From the NCBI RefSeq assembly GCF_963921235.1, contig NC_086108.1, positions 40,736,001-40,800,000 of the forward strand: DNA of 64,000 nucleotides, given 5' to 3'. Numbering within the stretch: position 1 is the stretch's first letter; each line of letters begins with the position of its first letter. A program made the position numbers and the translations under genes. Positions 39,998 to 52,560 of the stretch are shown here, piece by piece. This DNA comes from Mobula hypostoma. Taxonomy: Eukaryota. The notes beneath the pieces were generated by a model that worked only from the letters and a program-made list of their open reading frames with translations, did not search any database and had not been told where the DNA came from.

Positions 39998-40559
39998 CAC
40001 TCAGTGGCCACTTTACTAGGTATACCTGTACAACTGCTGATTAACACAAATGTCTAATCAGCCTATTATGTTGCAGCAACTCAATGCATAAAAGCATGCA
40101 GACATGATCAAGGGGTTCAGTTGTTATTCAGACCAAAAATCGGAATGGGGCAAAAATGTGATCTAAGTCATTTTGACCATGGCGCCAGAATGGGTGGTTT
40201 GAGTATCTCAGAAAATGCTGAGCCCCTGAGATTTTCTTGTACAGCAGTCTCTAACATTTACAAACAATGGTTTGAGAAGCAAAAAAACATCCTGTGAATG
40301 GTGTTCTGTGAGGAAAAAATATCTTGTTAATAAGAGGTCAGAGGAGAATGGCCAGACTGGTTCCTACAGGAAGCTGACAGGAGGCGACAGTAACTCAAAT
40401 AACCATGTGTTACAACAGTGGCGAGCTGAAGAGCATCTCTGAGTGCACAACTCATCGAACCTTGATGTTGATGGGCTGCAGAAGCAGAAGACCATGATCA
40501 TAGACTCAGTGGCCATTTTAATAGGTACAGGAGGTACCTAATTATGTGGCCACTGAGTG
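39998..40559 (+). mobile_element. Internally deleted Tc1-like DNA transposon
   Basis: TA|CACTCAGTGGCCAC...GTGGCCACTGAGTG|TA. Contains an internal transposase N-terminal remnant (MGQKCDLSHFDHG) and an extra TIR copy near 40503. Confidence 0.85.
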
Positions 40560-40682
40560 TAAGTATTAGAAAATGACTCTGGGTAGCAATATCTTACCCA
40601 GCTGACATTGATCAATCCTTGAAGTAGCCCATTACTTTGTGGATTTGGAAAACAGAAATGCACGTCTCCTACCTTAACTGAA

Positions 40683-41030
40683 CATAAGAACATGGGAAAA
40701 TAAGAGTACAGTAGGTCACTTGGTCCTTCAAGCCAGCCCCACCATTCAAAATGATCATGGCTGCTCTGCCTGGACTCAGCATCTCTTCTGTGCCAGTACG
40801 CCTTTGCCCCCGTTCCTTTATTTTTTGGGTAATTATTGACCCTCTTTTTGAATAGCCTGCAATATTCAAGCCTCCACTGCTTGCTGGGGTAAGTAATTCC
40901 AGAGATTCACCAGCTTTATTTTGAAACCATGTCCCCTCGTTCAAGGTTCTACCATGTGGAAGCACCTCAGCTTCTGCACTGTCAGTCCCCACTCAGGATC
41001 TCATATATTTCAAGAAGATTCATTCTTCTG
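40683..41030 (-). mobile_element. Old CR1 3' end
   Basis: cataagaacatggg...ccagccccaccattcaa.atgatcatggctg matches a CR1-type terminus. Confidence 0.55.
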
Positions 41031-41544
41031 ACCCTCCAAAGAATATGGATCTAACTTATTTAGTTACCTGTGAAGCAAAGGGATGAATCTCAAATTCCTG
41101 GCAAGCTATAAATGGAATGAACTGCCATGCACAACTTCGGCATGATTGCAGCCACTTGAATAAAGCCATTACATTGATGTATTATTTCAGCATTTTGTCA
41201 CTGATTAGGCAAATGGGTGTGATGATGGAGAGTAAGGCTCATTTTCAGCTCCACTGTGTAAAGGCACATGGCAAGCAGGATCTTCGATGATTACAGACAG
41301 GAGACTTGCCAAGACTGTCTCTTGATCCCCTATCTATTGGGCAAGTCTTTCCTAGACTGGCAGCAGGGTGAAGTCTGCCAGGTGTGGTGTGCAGGTTGCT
41401 CTCGGAGGATTGAGAAAGGCTAGTGCCTCCACACCCAGCCCTCCTCACCCCCCACAACCCCACTGCCACCAGACCTACATCTGGACTTTGCTGGATGTGG
41501 AAAAATGAGGATAGCTGCAGTTATTGCAATTTACCTAGAATTTC

Positions 41545-41826
41545 AGAAAAGAAAGGTTTTTAAGGGACCCGAGGGGGCAATCTTTTCTCACAGTAGGTGC
41601 TGGGAATATGGAACAAGCTGCCAGAGGACATGGTAGAGGAGTGTACAACTACAGCATTTTAAAGTCATTTGAGCATGCACAAGTAAAGGAAAGTTTCAGA
41701 AGGATATCGGCCAAACACAGGCAAGTGGATATAGGTTAGCTGGACAGATGGACACGGGTAGACAGCTTGGCAGGCATGGATGAGTTGGGCTGAAGGGCCT
41801 TTTCTATGCCGTATAACTCTATGACT
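41545..41826 (+). mobile_element. CR1 3' end
   Basis: tggaacaagctgccagagga...gggctgaagggcct...tataactctatgactc. Confidence 0.7.
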
Positions 41827-42309
41827 CCTCCTGCACATCACCCTCAAAGCCACTCAGGTAGGAGAAGCAAGAATGGGACGATGCCACAGACCCGTGCCAT
41901 GATGGCTATTCCCATGGACTACCTGCAAGGAACGTCAGACACAGCAATCGCACTGACCTGCTGCAGGGTATAGGTGTGAACTTGCCCATTGTGCTACAGC
42001 CATGGTTGTTCACTGCTGCACTGATCAGCATCAAAAACACTCAGCACATTGTTGGTAGAATGCCAGAGGGGATTTGCAAAGGGTTGTCCTGTCAGCAGGA
42101 GTGGTAGAGAGAGAGAATTTATCATCTGCATGTGTGAATGGTGGACTGATGAAGTTTACATGGTCATATTGAGGGCACATAAAGTGTTTACAGACATAAA
42201 GTGACTGTAGCAGCCACAGCTCGTCTTTCGTTGTCGACACAATTTCCTTCACTGTATGTTGCTTCTCATCTGAAATTTGCAGATATATAATTCAGTACCA
42301 TTGAGTGTT

Positions 42310-44160
42310 TGTCTTTGGGTCACTGTTTGGATATCGCTATTTTTCATACCTTGATTGTTGCCCTTATTGTTATGATCCTCTCTGTGTATCCCTTGTTAAG
42401 GTGTCCGTGTTTGTGTGTCCCCATATAATAGATCATTTTGGATGACTCTTCTTGGAGCTATTGTTATGGTGCCCCTGTTTGTCTCTTATGGTTTGGATGC
42501 CTTGCTTTGTGGAACTACTATTGGATTTCATGGTCTGGGTATCTGAATTGGGTGTTGCTCTCTGTGTGTCCCTGCTTGAAAATGCAGGATTCAATACTCC
42601 AACATATGTATTCCTTTTTAGGGAATTCTTCTCTGGGATTCCTCTTTGAATGCTTTTGTTGAGCATGTTTGGGTGTTTGTTCTACTTTAGGTGCTGATGT
42701 TTGGGTGATTCGGTTGTTTGGAGTCTTTTCCTAATACTCTCTTTTGGTGGTATGACATAGTCCTCCTCTTCACATACTCTTGTTACGTACTCCTGTTCAG
42801 GCATAAGGCATGTTTGGGTGTTCTTATGTGCACACCTGCTTCTACGTCTCCGTTTGGTGTTCTTGGCTAGATCTATCCGGCTAGCACCCTGTTTCTGGAA
42901 CCCACAGGTTTCCCTTCACCACCTCTTGCCCTCCTTTCTTATCGGGTCTTGGTTCCTTCTGACTTTCACCTCTCCGCTAATGGTTCCCATGATCACAAAT
43001 ACACGTGATTCTGCAAACGTTGAAGTCTCCAGCAACACACACGAAGTGCGGGAGAAACTTAGTCAGGCAGCATCTATGACTGGGGATAAACAGTCAATAT
43101 TTTGGGCCGAGACCCTTCATCAGGCCCCATTACTACCCTCCTTACTTATTGGATTCTAACACTGGTGACCTTTGTGTTCCTGCTGTATCCACTTTCACCC
43201 TTCTCATTCTCCACCTGGCTCCGTTTTCCTCATTTTTTTAATCTCCTTCATCTAACGTGCCCCCCAACTCCAGTCCATCCCCTTCTCTGCCTGGCTCTAT
43301 TTGCCATTATCCATTGACATCCCTTCTCCATCAGCCCACTAATAATTTCTTTCCTCTCTCTCGCCATTCTCTGTCACCTCTTTATACTTCTTGCTTCCCT
43401 ACTCTGCTCAGCCCTGATGCTGAGTTTCGACCTGAGATATGAACGTTTCTCCCCCCCCACAAATGCTGCTCTACCCACCGGTTCTCTAGCAGGTCGCTTG
43501 TTTCTCCATATTTCAGCCTCTGTAGTCTCTTGTGTCTCCAGTTAGGTGTCGCCCCTTGAGTGCCACTCTTCAGATGCCCCATTCTGGGAGTCATTCCTTT
43601 GCCAACCTGTATACATTTATTTATTTGTGTACCTGGCCTCATACATCCTTGCCTTGGTGTCCTTGCTATTGAAGTTCCTCTTTAGGCATGCCTGTTTAAA
43701 TATCCCTCTTTGGATATCCCTTTTGATATCTCTGTTTGGGTAAACTATATATGTGTGCTCTGGGTTGGGTACTGATGTTTGAATCCACTTGGGAGTTTCT
43801 TTTGAGATATCTTTGTTTGGCTGTTCCTGTTCGGGAGCCTTTTTTAGTGTCCCTATTTGGGCATGCCCTTCTCAGGGGGCTCTGTCTTTCTTGTGATCCT
43901 GTTTCGAAGCCCTGTTCTTGGGTATCTGTACAAATCTCTCCCTTTGCATGCTTCTATTTAGATGTTCCTGTTGTGGCTCCCTGCTTTATGTTTATGTATG
44001 ATTTCCCTTATTTGAACGTTTCTGTTTTGACTCCTCCCCATTTCAATGTATGTGTTTGGGTGTCCCTTTTTGGTGCCCCTGAATGAAATTACTGTTTTGT
44101 AAACCTGTTTTGATCCTCTGTTTAGACGTCTCTGTTTGACTGTTACTATATTTGAATAGG
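42310..44160. repeat. T-rich, highly degenerate tandem-repeat region (unit about GGGTGTCCCTGTTT)
   Basis: Recurring variants include gtgtccgtgtttg, ggtgcccctgtttg, gtgtccctgcttg, ggatatcccttttg, gtgtccctatttggg and gggtgtccctttttgg. Confidence 0.5.
42990..43540. mobile_element. Penelope-derived inverted terminal-repeat pair
   Basis: A minus-oriented copy (caacacacac...gggccgagacccttcatcagg) at ~43030-43125 and a degenerate plus-oriented copy at ~43410-43540. Confidence 0.55.
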
Positions 44161-44927
44161 TTCCAGCTAAAGCACTTTGCTCCTTAACTTTTGTTCTGCT
44201 TATTTGCATTGCAAACAATTTGATTTCCTTCCAGCCCTATTTTCATCCTTGGATGTTGGAGGCTCATTTATCAGATGCATGTTCAAACATCCCTCACAGA
44301 TTGCCCTCTGATGTTATTACCTGTTGCCCAAGCCTGTTGATTCACATGTCAACATTATTTCAGATCCGTGTTCCTTTTTGATTAAAGTCCAGGGTCCCCA
44401 CTCCCTTCTGAGGCCATGCTTGTAAGTGATGTCTGCAGCTTATCAAATTCCAAGAAGCAGTTGTGCGACTTGTTATGTGATTTGCAGCAAAGCTATTTTT
44501 TTTGAGAAATGTTGATGTTTACCCTCACGGGCCACAAAGAGACACTCCAGGCAGTGATCTTGGGCACAGCATCAGAAACTGAACTAGCACATTGAAATGA
44601 TCCTATTGGTCCAGTGCATCAGGTGTGATTTGACATGGAACAGGAAAAGGGGTAAATGGGTAAGTCCCCTGAGATTTTGCAGTTACTCATTTGGTGGAAA
44701 TCCCCTTTAACCAGAGAACGTCTCTCAGTTATGGTAAAAAATCTACATAGCTTCTTAAAATTATAAAAAAAATCTGACATAAAGTGACTGCGTTTCAAAA
44801 GTGCTACATTCAGGTGTTGCAAAAGGGCAGCATACAAATCCAAACTTATTTCTTCTTTCCCTCTTTGAGAGTGATCATTTAACACGTATCATAGCTACGT
44901 GAATTTCTCCAGGTGCTGGGAAAGCAG

Positions 44928-45300
44928 AGCAACACTCACAAAATGCTGGAGGAGCTCAGCAGGTCAGGCAGCATCTATGGAAATGAAAGGGCAATGTTTT
45001 AGGCCCAAAGCCCTTCTTCAGGATGGGAAACGAAGGGTGAAGATGCCAGAATAAGAAGGTAGGAGTAGGGAAAGGAGGAGAGCTGGAAGGTGATAGGTGA
45101 AGTAATAAAGGTAAAGGACTAACGAGGCAGGAAACTGATAGGAGTGGAAAGTGGAGCACAGAAGAAAAGGAAGGAGGAGGTGGCCCAGAGAGAGGTGATA
45201 GTCAGGTGAGAGGCCAGAGTGGGGAATGGAAGAAGAAGGGAGAGGGAGGGGACTTTTTTGTCAGAAGAAATCATCAGATTAGAAGCTACCCAGACACACA
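44928..45300 (-). mobile_element. Penelope-like element 3' end
   Basis: caacactcacaaaatgctggaggagctcagcaggtcaggcagcatctatgg... followed by a purine tract, homologous to 4087-4540. Confidence 0.8.
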
Positions 45301-46039
45301 TATCATAGCTGCCAAATGAAATATTGTTTTGGCCTGTCGAGAACTGCTTGAAATGTTTTGCTTTAGCCAAGTGCAGGAAAGTACCCAAGCTTTAAAACAG
45401 GTCTTTTTTTCATTTGAACCCAGAGATGAAAAATTGAGATAAAGAGCTATGGATTTTTGAAATGTTTGCTTTCAGCTTCCTGGCTGAAGTCACCCTTTCA
45501 AACTAAATAAATAAGGAAATGAAAGGAAACGAAAGGTAAACATGGAAACTATAGGAAGGGTTTTGGATTATAATTGCCTGTTCTTAGCCAGTTGTACCAT
45601 TGGTATTATACTTTACATACAATACAATAGATTCTATAATTCAGGATGTGATTAATTTTCCTTACATGTTTAACAAGACTGTTATCTATAATGCCTCTTG
45701 TTTATTTCCCTTCATTGTAATACATTTACATTTATATCTACACCACGAATTTTGTTGAAACAAACAGCTCCACTGCATTGGTTGTATACTGTGGTGCTTT
45801 ACTGCACTGATATCAATGTACCTGTAGGTTTAGTCTTAACTTGTTTTCCGTGTAATGCAGATTCTGCCATTTGCAATTTAATTTGATTTTCAGATATTAT
45901 TGAAAACGATCTTTTCCAGCATTAATTTCAATATTTTCCAATGACATTTTCAGTCTCAACACAATATCAATACAACATTTATGAAATGGCACAATAATAA
46001 TAATAATATAGCAGTAGTGTAGCCTATATCCCAAGTTAC

Positions 46040-46940
46040 AGGAGGCATGTAGTTAAGTGACTGTCAGGAGCGGGCAAGGGTTTAGACAGGCTGTGCAATA
46101 TACCCCTGAGGCCATTCCCCTCAATAATAAGTAAACAGTTTTGGATAATGTTGGGGTCATTCTTGTAGATCACCAGGTCTCTGGCACTGAGTTTGGCTCT
46201 GTAGCTCATGAAGAAGGAGGGGAGAAGGTGAATGAAGTAGTGATAAGGGAGTAGTGCAGTAGTAATATTGGGGGCAAAATTGAAAAGGGAGATGAATACA
46301 GGACTGAAGGTGTTTTATTAGAATGCACACAGTATATGAAGTAAGGTAGGCAATCTTGTAACACAGTTAGAAATTGATGGGTACGATGTTGTGGGCATCA
46401 CTGAGTTGTGGCTGAAAGAAGATCATAGTTCTGAGCTTAACATCCAAGGATACACACTGCAAGTAGGCGGGGGTGGCGGGGGGGGGAGCGGTGTTGTGAG
46501 ACGGCTCCGCTGGATGAAATGAAATCAAATCCTTGGAAGGAGGTGAGATAGGGTCGGAAGATATAGAATTCCTGTAGGTAGAGTTAAGAAACTGCAAGGG
46601 TAAAAAGACCCTGATCAAAGTTATATACAGACCTCCAAACAGGATGTAGGTTACAAATTACAATGGGAGATAGAAAAGGCATGTAAAATGGGAATGTTAC
46701 AATAGTCATGCGGGGGGGGGGAGGGTGGATTTCAATATACAGGTAGATTGGGAAAATCGGATATTGCAAGAGAGGGAATTAGTAGAATGCTTACAAGATG
46801 GCTTTTTAGAGCAGCTTGTGTTTGAACCCACTAAGGAAAAGGCAATTCTGGATTAGGTGTTGTGTAATGAACCAGCTTTGATTAGGGAACTTAAGGTAAA
46901 GGAAACCGTAGGAGTTAGTTATCATAATATAATAGAATTG
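46040..46940 (+). mobile_element. CR1 LINE 5' region and APE endonuclease remnant
   Basis: Encodes YDVVGITELWL-like (46382-46415), VIYRPP-like and EKAILD-like motifs. Confidence 0.7.
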
Positions 46941-46980
46941 ACAGTCCTGATGAAGGGTCTTGACCTGAAATGTCGATTGT
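46941..46980 (+). ncRNA. Minimal type I hammerhead ribozyme motif within a Penelope-derived repeat (46941-47040)
   Basis: Stem I ACAGTC/GATTGT, core CTGATGA, stem II AGG-GTCTTGA-CCT, GAAA, then TGTC (predicted cleavage after 46974). Stem III is essentially absent. Confidence 0.6.
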
Positions 46981-48409
46981 ACCTCTTCCTATAGATGCTG
47001 CCTGGCCTGCTGCATTCACCAGCACTTTTTATGTGTGTTACATGCAGGAAATATTCAGTAGGTTAGGCAACACCTGTTGAGATAGGGAAAGAGTCACTAT
47101 TTTAGGCTAAACCTTTATTTTTATTTCAGATTTCCAGCATCTGTCAGCTTTTGTTTTTGGACAAACCAAGTCACTTTGGTGACATGGACAGGATTATCTA
47201 AAAGTTATAGGATTCCTTGATTTGTCTCCAAAAAAAAAGCCTTAATATTTAACACACAGGAACCTAGAAACTCTCATTTCCAATACGCCAGTTATGGCTC
47301 AGGTGGCCTCAGCCAAAAAGTTCAAGGACCCAATCCAGAGATAAGCACAAGAATCCAATCTGACATTCCCAGAGGGAGTCATGAACCTATGATCAATCAG
47401 GTGAGACATTAAATAAGGGCTCTTCCTTTGCTGTGTCAGACAGACAAAAAAAACGATCCCTTAGCTCTTATTCAATGACCACAGAAGTAATTACTGCATT
47501 ATCGCCAATATCTACCCTTCAATCAACGTCATCAATCCAAATGACCTCATTGTGTTCTCCTCCTTGCACTTTTTGGGGGATCTAGCTGACTGCATGTCAA
47601 TTGCTTCATTTTTTACAAAATAAAAAAATAAACAACAATTATTTAGCAGTCTGAAAAGCCGTTTGGATAGGCTGAGTTAATGAAAGGCACCATATAAATG
47701 GAATTTAAAGTCAGCACCTCAGACAGAGGCCCTGTGAGTTTATGATGCAGCCAAAATTTTATCGACAAAACTACAGATGGAGACAGCGTAGCTTAACTAG
47801 GATTTGAGGCACTGACCCCATATGATCTGAGAAGGAGGCCCAGTGGGTTTAAGGATAGAGTCTGAGATGGAGACCCTGTAACTTTACAGGTAGAGCCACA
47901 GACAAGAGGTCCTACTTCGACTTAGTCAGCTCTGTTGGACAGACTCAATCACAGACTTCTGTTACAGACACATTATGCTAAGTCGCTTATTGCAAAGCAA
48001 TGATTCAAGGATGCTCTCAAAGTCCCCTCAAGTAAATGCAACATCCCTGCTGATTCCTGGGGATCGGTGGCTAGTAATCTTATTTATGAAACCCAGGACC
48101 AGATACATTCCACCAGCTGCTCTCGCTTAACCTGGCATGCCTCTATATCTGGCAAAAAAAATCTGACATTCTTAGGTTTCTGAGTTACTCAATGTTCAGG
48201 AACGAAGGATGCGGAAGGAAAGAAATATTTGCTTTTAGACTATGGTCACTGGTCCAAAAGTGCACCTCCACTGACACTTCAGCCGCTTATACCTTGTTAT
48301 TTCCCAGTAAGAACTCAAATGTTGTCCCTTCTCTACTGCAGCTATCTATATCATACTTGAGAAGACATTCCTGGATGCACTTAACCTAACATTGCAACGT
48401 TGGCTTGTC

Positions 48410-48860
48410 AGAAGGAGTGAGAAGGTGGGAAAGGAAGATTTTTTTCCTGATTGGAAGTCTGTGATTGGCAACATGATTCAGGGATCCATGCTGGGTCCTT
48501 TGTTATTAACAACTTGGATGAAAATGTAGATAGCATGCTTGTGTATAACATCAAAACTGATGGTGTCTTGGGCAGTGAAGCAGTTTATCTAGGATTATAA
48601 CAGATGCTAGATCTAGCTAGGAAAATGTGCCAAAGAATGGCATATAGAACTTAATTCAGTCATATACAAAGTGTTGCATTCCGGTCAGTTTATCTAGAGG
48701 AAGACATACACAGTAAAAAGACAGTCCCTGGTGAGTGCTATAGAACAGAGAGACCTAGGGTACAAGTACTTGATAACATAAAGTAGACAGTATGGTGAAG
48801 AAGGAATTGGCTTTGCTTGTCTTCATTGGTCACTGCATCAAATTCAAGCATTGGGACTAT
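48410..48860 (+). mobile_element. Old CR1 RT fragment
   Basis: Decayed cagggatccatgctgggtcctttgtt (QGSMLGPLL) and downstream CR1-like sequence. Confidence 0.55.
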
Positions 48861-49932
48861 AATCTGGGAAGCACTGCTTGAAGGGTTGCAGGAAACAGAA
48901 TCAATCAAGGCTGTCTGAAGGAATTGGAGGGAGAGCTGAGGAAAATAATTTTTTAGGACTAAATTATGTGTAATGTGACAGATTGGATTTCTTTACAAGA
49001 GCTAGTATGGTCAAGATAGGCTGAATGGCTTCTTGCTATGCTACAACAATTCTACAGTTCAACTGTATAAACAGAAAATACTTATTTGTAAAATACAATA
49101 ATTGAAAATTATAGTTCAACAATAAAATATTTCATAATTAATCTATACTTCATTTTTGAATTTAATCTAAGCATCACTGAATAGGATGTTACGAAAATCT
49201 GATTTTAATCTTTGGTAGGTTTCCCTGTTACATCTAATGGTGCGTAATCTACTTTACTGCATCATCTTCCAAAAGGTATGAAGGATGTTACTCAATTTTC
49301 TCTTTCCACACTGTAATTATTTTGCAGCTGATTGAATTGTTTCATTTCTAAACTGTTATGAAGAAGAAATACAACTCAATGATTATAATCAGCACTGTGT
49401 CTATAATTTTTAATTTCTTGTTGTGTAAGAGATGTGTGATCCCAATATATTGGAATTTCAAAGGGATTTCAGATTGATAATGGGAGGGGATGGTTTATGA
49501 AGTGAGGGATGAACTGTACATTGTTTCTTTGGTCCTGCCATTAAACATCACTGTTCCCAGTCATGTGTAATGTGATATGATATGATTTTTTTTGCCACAT
49601 ATGAGGCCTTGGCACCTTACGTTTGCAAAGGCAGTGGAGTGTGCAAAGATACAGCTGGCACAGTCCTTTGGAGATTATCTGATAGTCTGTGGCATTTTTT
49701 TCTGTTTTGTAAAGAAGCACGCTAAAATAACAAAGCATTGTTGAACAATCATAGAAAGTGACAGAAGGGGGCCAGGCATGACTGTCGGCACAGGCAACAC
49801 AAAGGCATTGGCCATTTTGATTCCAAGGTCTGTGAACATACAGGGTTACTCCGACTTCCCTTTATACTGAGATTAAAGGTGTTGCACATTGGTGGCCCAG
49901 GGTTGGCCAACTCTACCGTGAGACCGCAACAC

Positions 49933-51552
49933 ATAGGATCAGAATTAGGCTATTCGGCCCACTGAGTCTGCTCCACCATTCTATCATGGCTGATTTATTA
50001 TTCCCCTCATCCCCATTCTCCCTCCTTCTCCTCGTAACCTTTGATGACCTGACTAATCAAGAACCTATCAATCTCTGCTTTAAATATATCTAATGACCTG
50101 GCTTCCATAGCCATCTGCAGCAATGAATTCCACAGTTTCACCACTCCCTTGCGAAAGAAATTCTGCCCACTTCTGTTCTAGATGGGCATCCCTCTATTCT
50201 GAGGCTGTGCCTCTGGCCCTAGACTCACCCATGACAGGAAATGTCCTCTTCTCATCCACTCTATCTCGGCCTTTCAATGTTTGATAGGTTTCAATGAGAT
50301 CGCACTTCCCCCACCCCATTCTTCTAAGTTCCAGCCAGTGTCGGCCCAGTGTCATCAAACGCTCCTCATAAGTATGTTAACACTTTCATTCCTGGATTCA
50401 TTCTCGTGAACATCCTCTGGATGCTTTCCAGTGCCAGCACATCTTTTCTTAGATAATGGACCCAATACTGCTCACAATACTCCAAGTGTGGTCTGATCAA
50501 TGTCTTATGAAGCCTCAGTATTACATCCTTGGTCGTATATTCTGATTCTCTAAAATGAATGTTAACGTTGTATTTGTCTTCCTTATCGGCAACTTAATCC
50601 GGAAGTTAACCTTTAGGGAATCCTGCACAAGGACTCCCAAATCACTTTGCACCTCTGATTTTTTGAATTTTCTCCTTGTTTAAGAAAATAGTCTGTCATT
50701 ATTCCTTCTACAAAAGTGCATGACCATACAGTTCCCTATACTATATTCCATCTGTCACTTCTTTGACCATTCTTCTAATCTCTCTAAATCCTTGCTTCCT
50801 CAACAATACCTGTCCCTGAACCTATCTTTGTAATGTCTACAAACTTGGCAACAAAGCCAATAATTCCATCATTCAAATCTTGAACACATAACAAGAAAGA
50901 AGTGGTCCCACACTGATCCCTACAGAACACCACTAGTCAATGGCGGTCAACCACAAAAGCCCCCTTTATTCACACACTTTGCCCCTTGCCATTCAGCCAA
51001 TCTTCTATCTATGCTGGCATCTCTGCTGTAACGCCATGGGCTCTTATCTTATTAAGCAGCCTCATATGCGGCACCTTGTCAAAGACCTTCTGAAAATCCA
51101 AGTAAACAATATCCACTCACTCTCCTTTGTTTATCCTGCCTGTTATTTCCTCAAAGATTTCCAATAAACTTATCAGACAAGATTTCCCCGCAAGGAGACT
51201 ATGCTGACCTTGGCTTATGTTAGCATGTGCCTCTAAGTACCCTGAATCCTCATCCTTAATGATGGACTCCACTCCAACATCTTCCAAACCACTGAACTCA
51301 GGCTAACTGACCTAGTATTTCCTTTTTTTACCTCCATTCTTTCTTAAGGAGTGGAGTGACATTTGCAATTTTCCAGAAGTCAAAGCCATTCCAGAATCTA
51401 GTGATTCCTGAAAGATCAGTACTAATGCCTCCACAATCTCTTCAGCCCCCTCTTTCAGAACGCTGGGGTGTCATATAGTTGGTCCAGGTGATTATTCTAC
51501 TTTCAGACCTTTCAACTTTCTGAGCATCTTCTCCTTAGTACCAGCAACTACA
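49933..51552 (-). mobile_element. CR1 LINE (RT and 3' end), split by the Gypsy insertion; 5' continuation at 58355-58530
   Basis: CR1 terminus at 49933 and DFQKVFDKVPH encoded on the minus strand near 51065-51100. The two flanks rejoin as ggcagaagtaag-tgta-gttgctgg. Confidence 0.88.
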
Positions 51553-51835
51553 TGAACCCTCTGCCCCCCACCCACTCAGTTTCCTTGAGCTGTGTACATC
51601 TAGGGAATACACACTCTGGTCCCACCAAATCCATTACTCGTGCCTCCTGACAATTCAGACCCCTTGTCACTTGGCTGAGCTCAGCTTCATGGCCAGTTAC
51701 TTTAGAGTCCAGCCTCCCATCATTTTCTAACCACAAACCTGCCTGTCCACTGCTAGTTCCTCCTATTTCACCCGCCTCAGCTTGAGAAGGGTTGGGAATC
51801 TCTTTGTCAATTACTGGGGAATTTGGGAAGGGCAG

Positions 51836-52033
51836 TGTTGTGTATGTGGCCTGGTTATGCAACAATGCTATTAATAAAAATGCTGGAGACGGGATCTAAG
51901 GTTCATGGTTCTTTACTGGCAGAAACTGAACTCGGCACACACAAACAGATCAATACACATCTAATAGTACATGCAACGATGTGTTACTAAAACATAAAGT
52001 GGTTCCTTGTTATAATGAAGGCTATACGGTACA
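51836..52033 (-). repeat. 3' LTR of inner element (198 bp)
   Basis: TGTTGTGTATGTGGCCTGG...GGCTATACGGTACA, a direct repeat of 55073-55295. Confidence 0.95.
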
Positions 52034-52046
52034 CTCCTCCCCTTTT
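52034..52046 (-). other. Polypurine tract
   Basis: AAAAGGGGAGGAG on the minus strand, immediately before the 3' LTR. Confidence 0.9.
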
Positions 52047-52560
52047 ACTTTAATAGTGTATCAACTTTTTTCCCTGGGGCATTATGCTAAACAAATATGT
52101 TTACCCTTAACATACAAACACCTACCATTTGTTTACTTAGCAACTTAATTATATCAAATTATAACAAAGCCTTTTTTAAACTTTTGGTCCAAAACCCATT
52201 TATAACTCAAGTCTCTGGGGGTGGGGGGTCTTCTCTAGATTATCCGGCACTGAAGCAAATAGGTCTTCACTCTATTGTCTGGAATAAATTGAACAATCCA
52301 CAAATTGGCAGGTTCCAGCCACAAAGAGTAGTCACCTCCATCTTGCAAAGAGAAATCCGTGAAAAGGTGAATGTTATTCTTAAAAATATGTACAATCATC
52401 AAAACTGAGATGGCATTGGAAAGTGTCTTCAAATAGTGTGTTCTTCAGTCTGTCAATAAACTTGTTTGTTTTAATACAGATTTCCATATGAAAGTCATGA
52501 ACAATTGACCTCTGAGCATAGGGAGTTAAGAAGATGTGTGCCTCCATCTTGCAAAGAGTT

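Noticed and set aside
42433..44218. Hydrophobic membrane-protein-like ORFs
   Set aside because: They result from the T-rich degenerate repeat.
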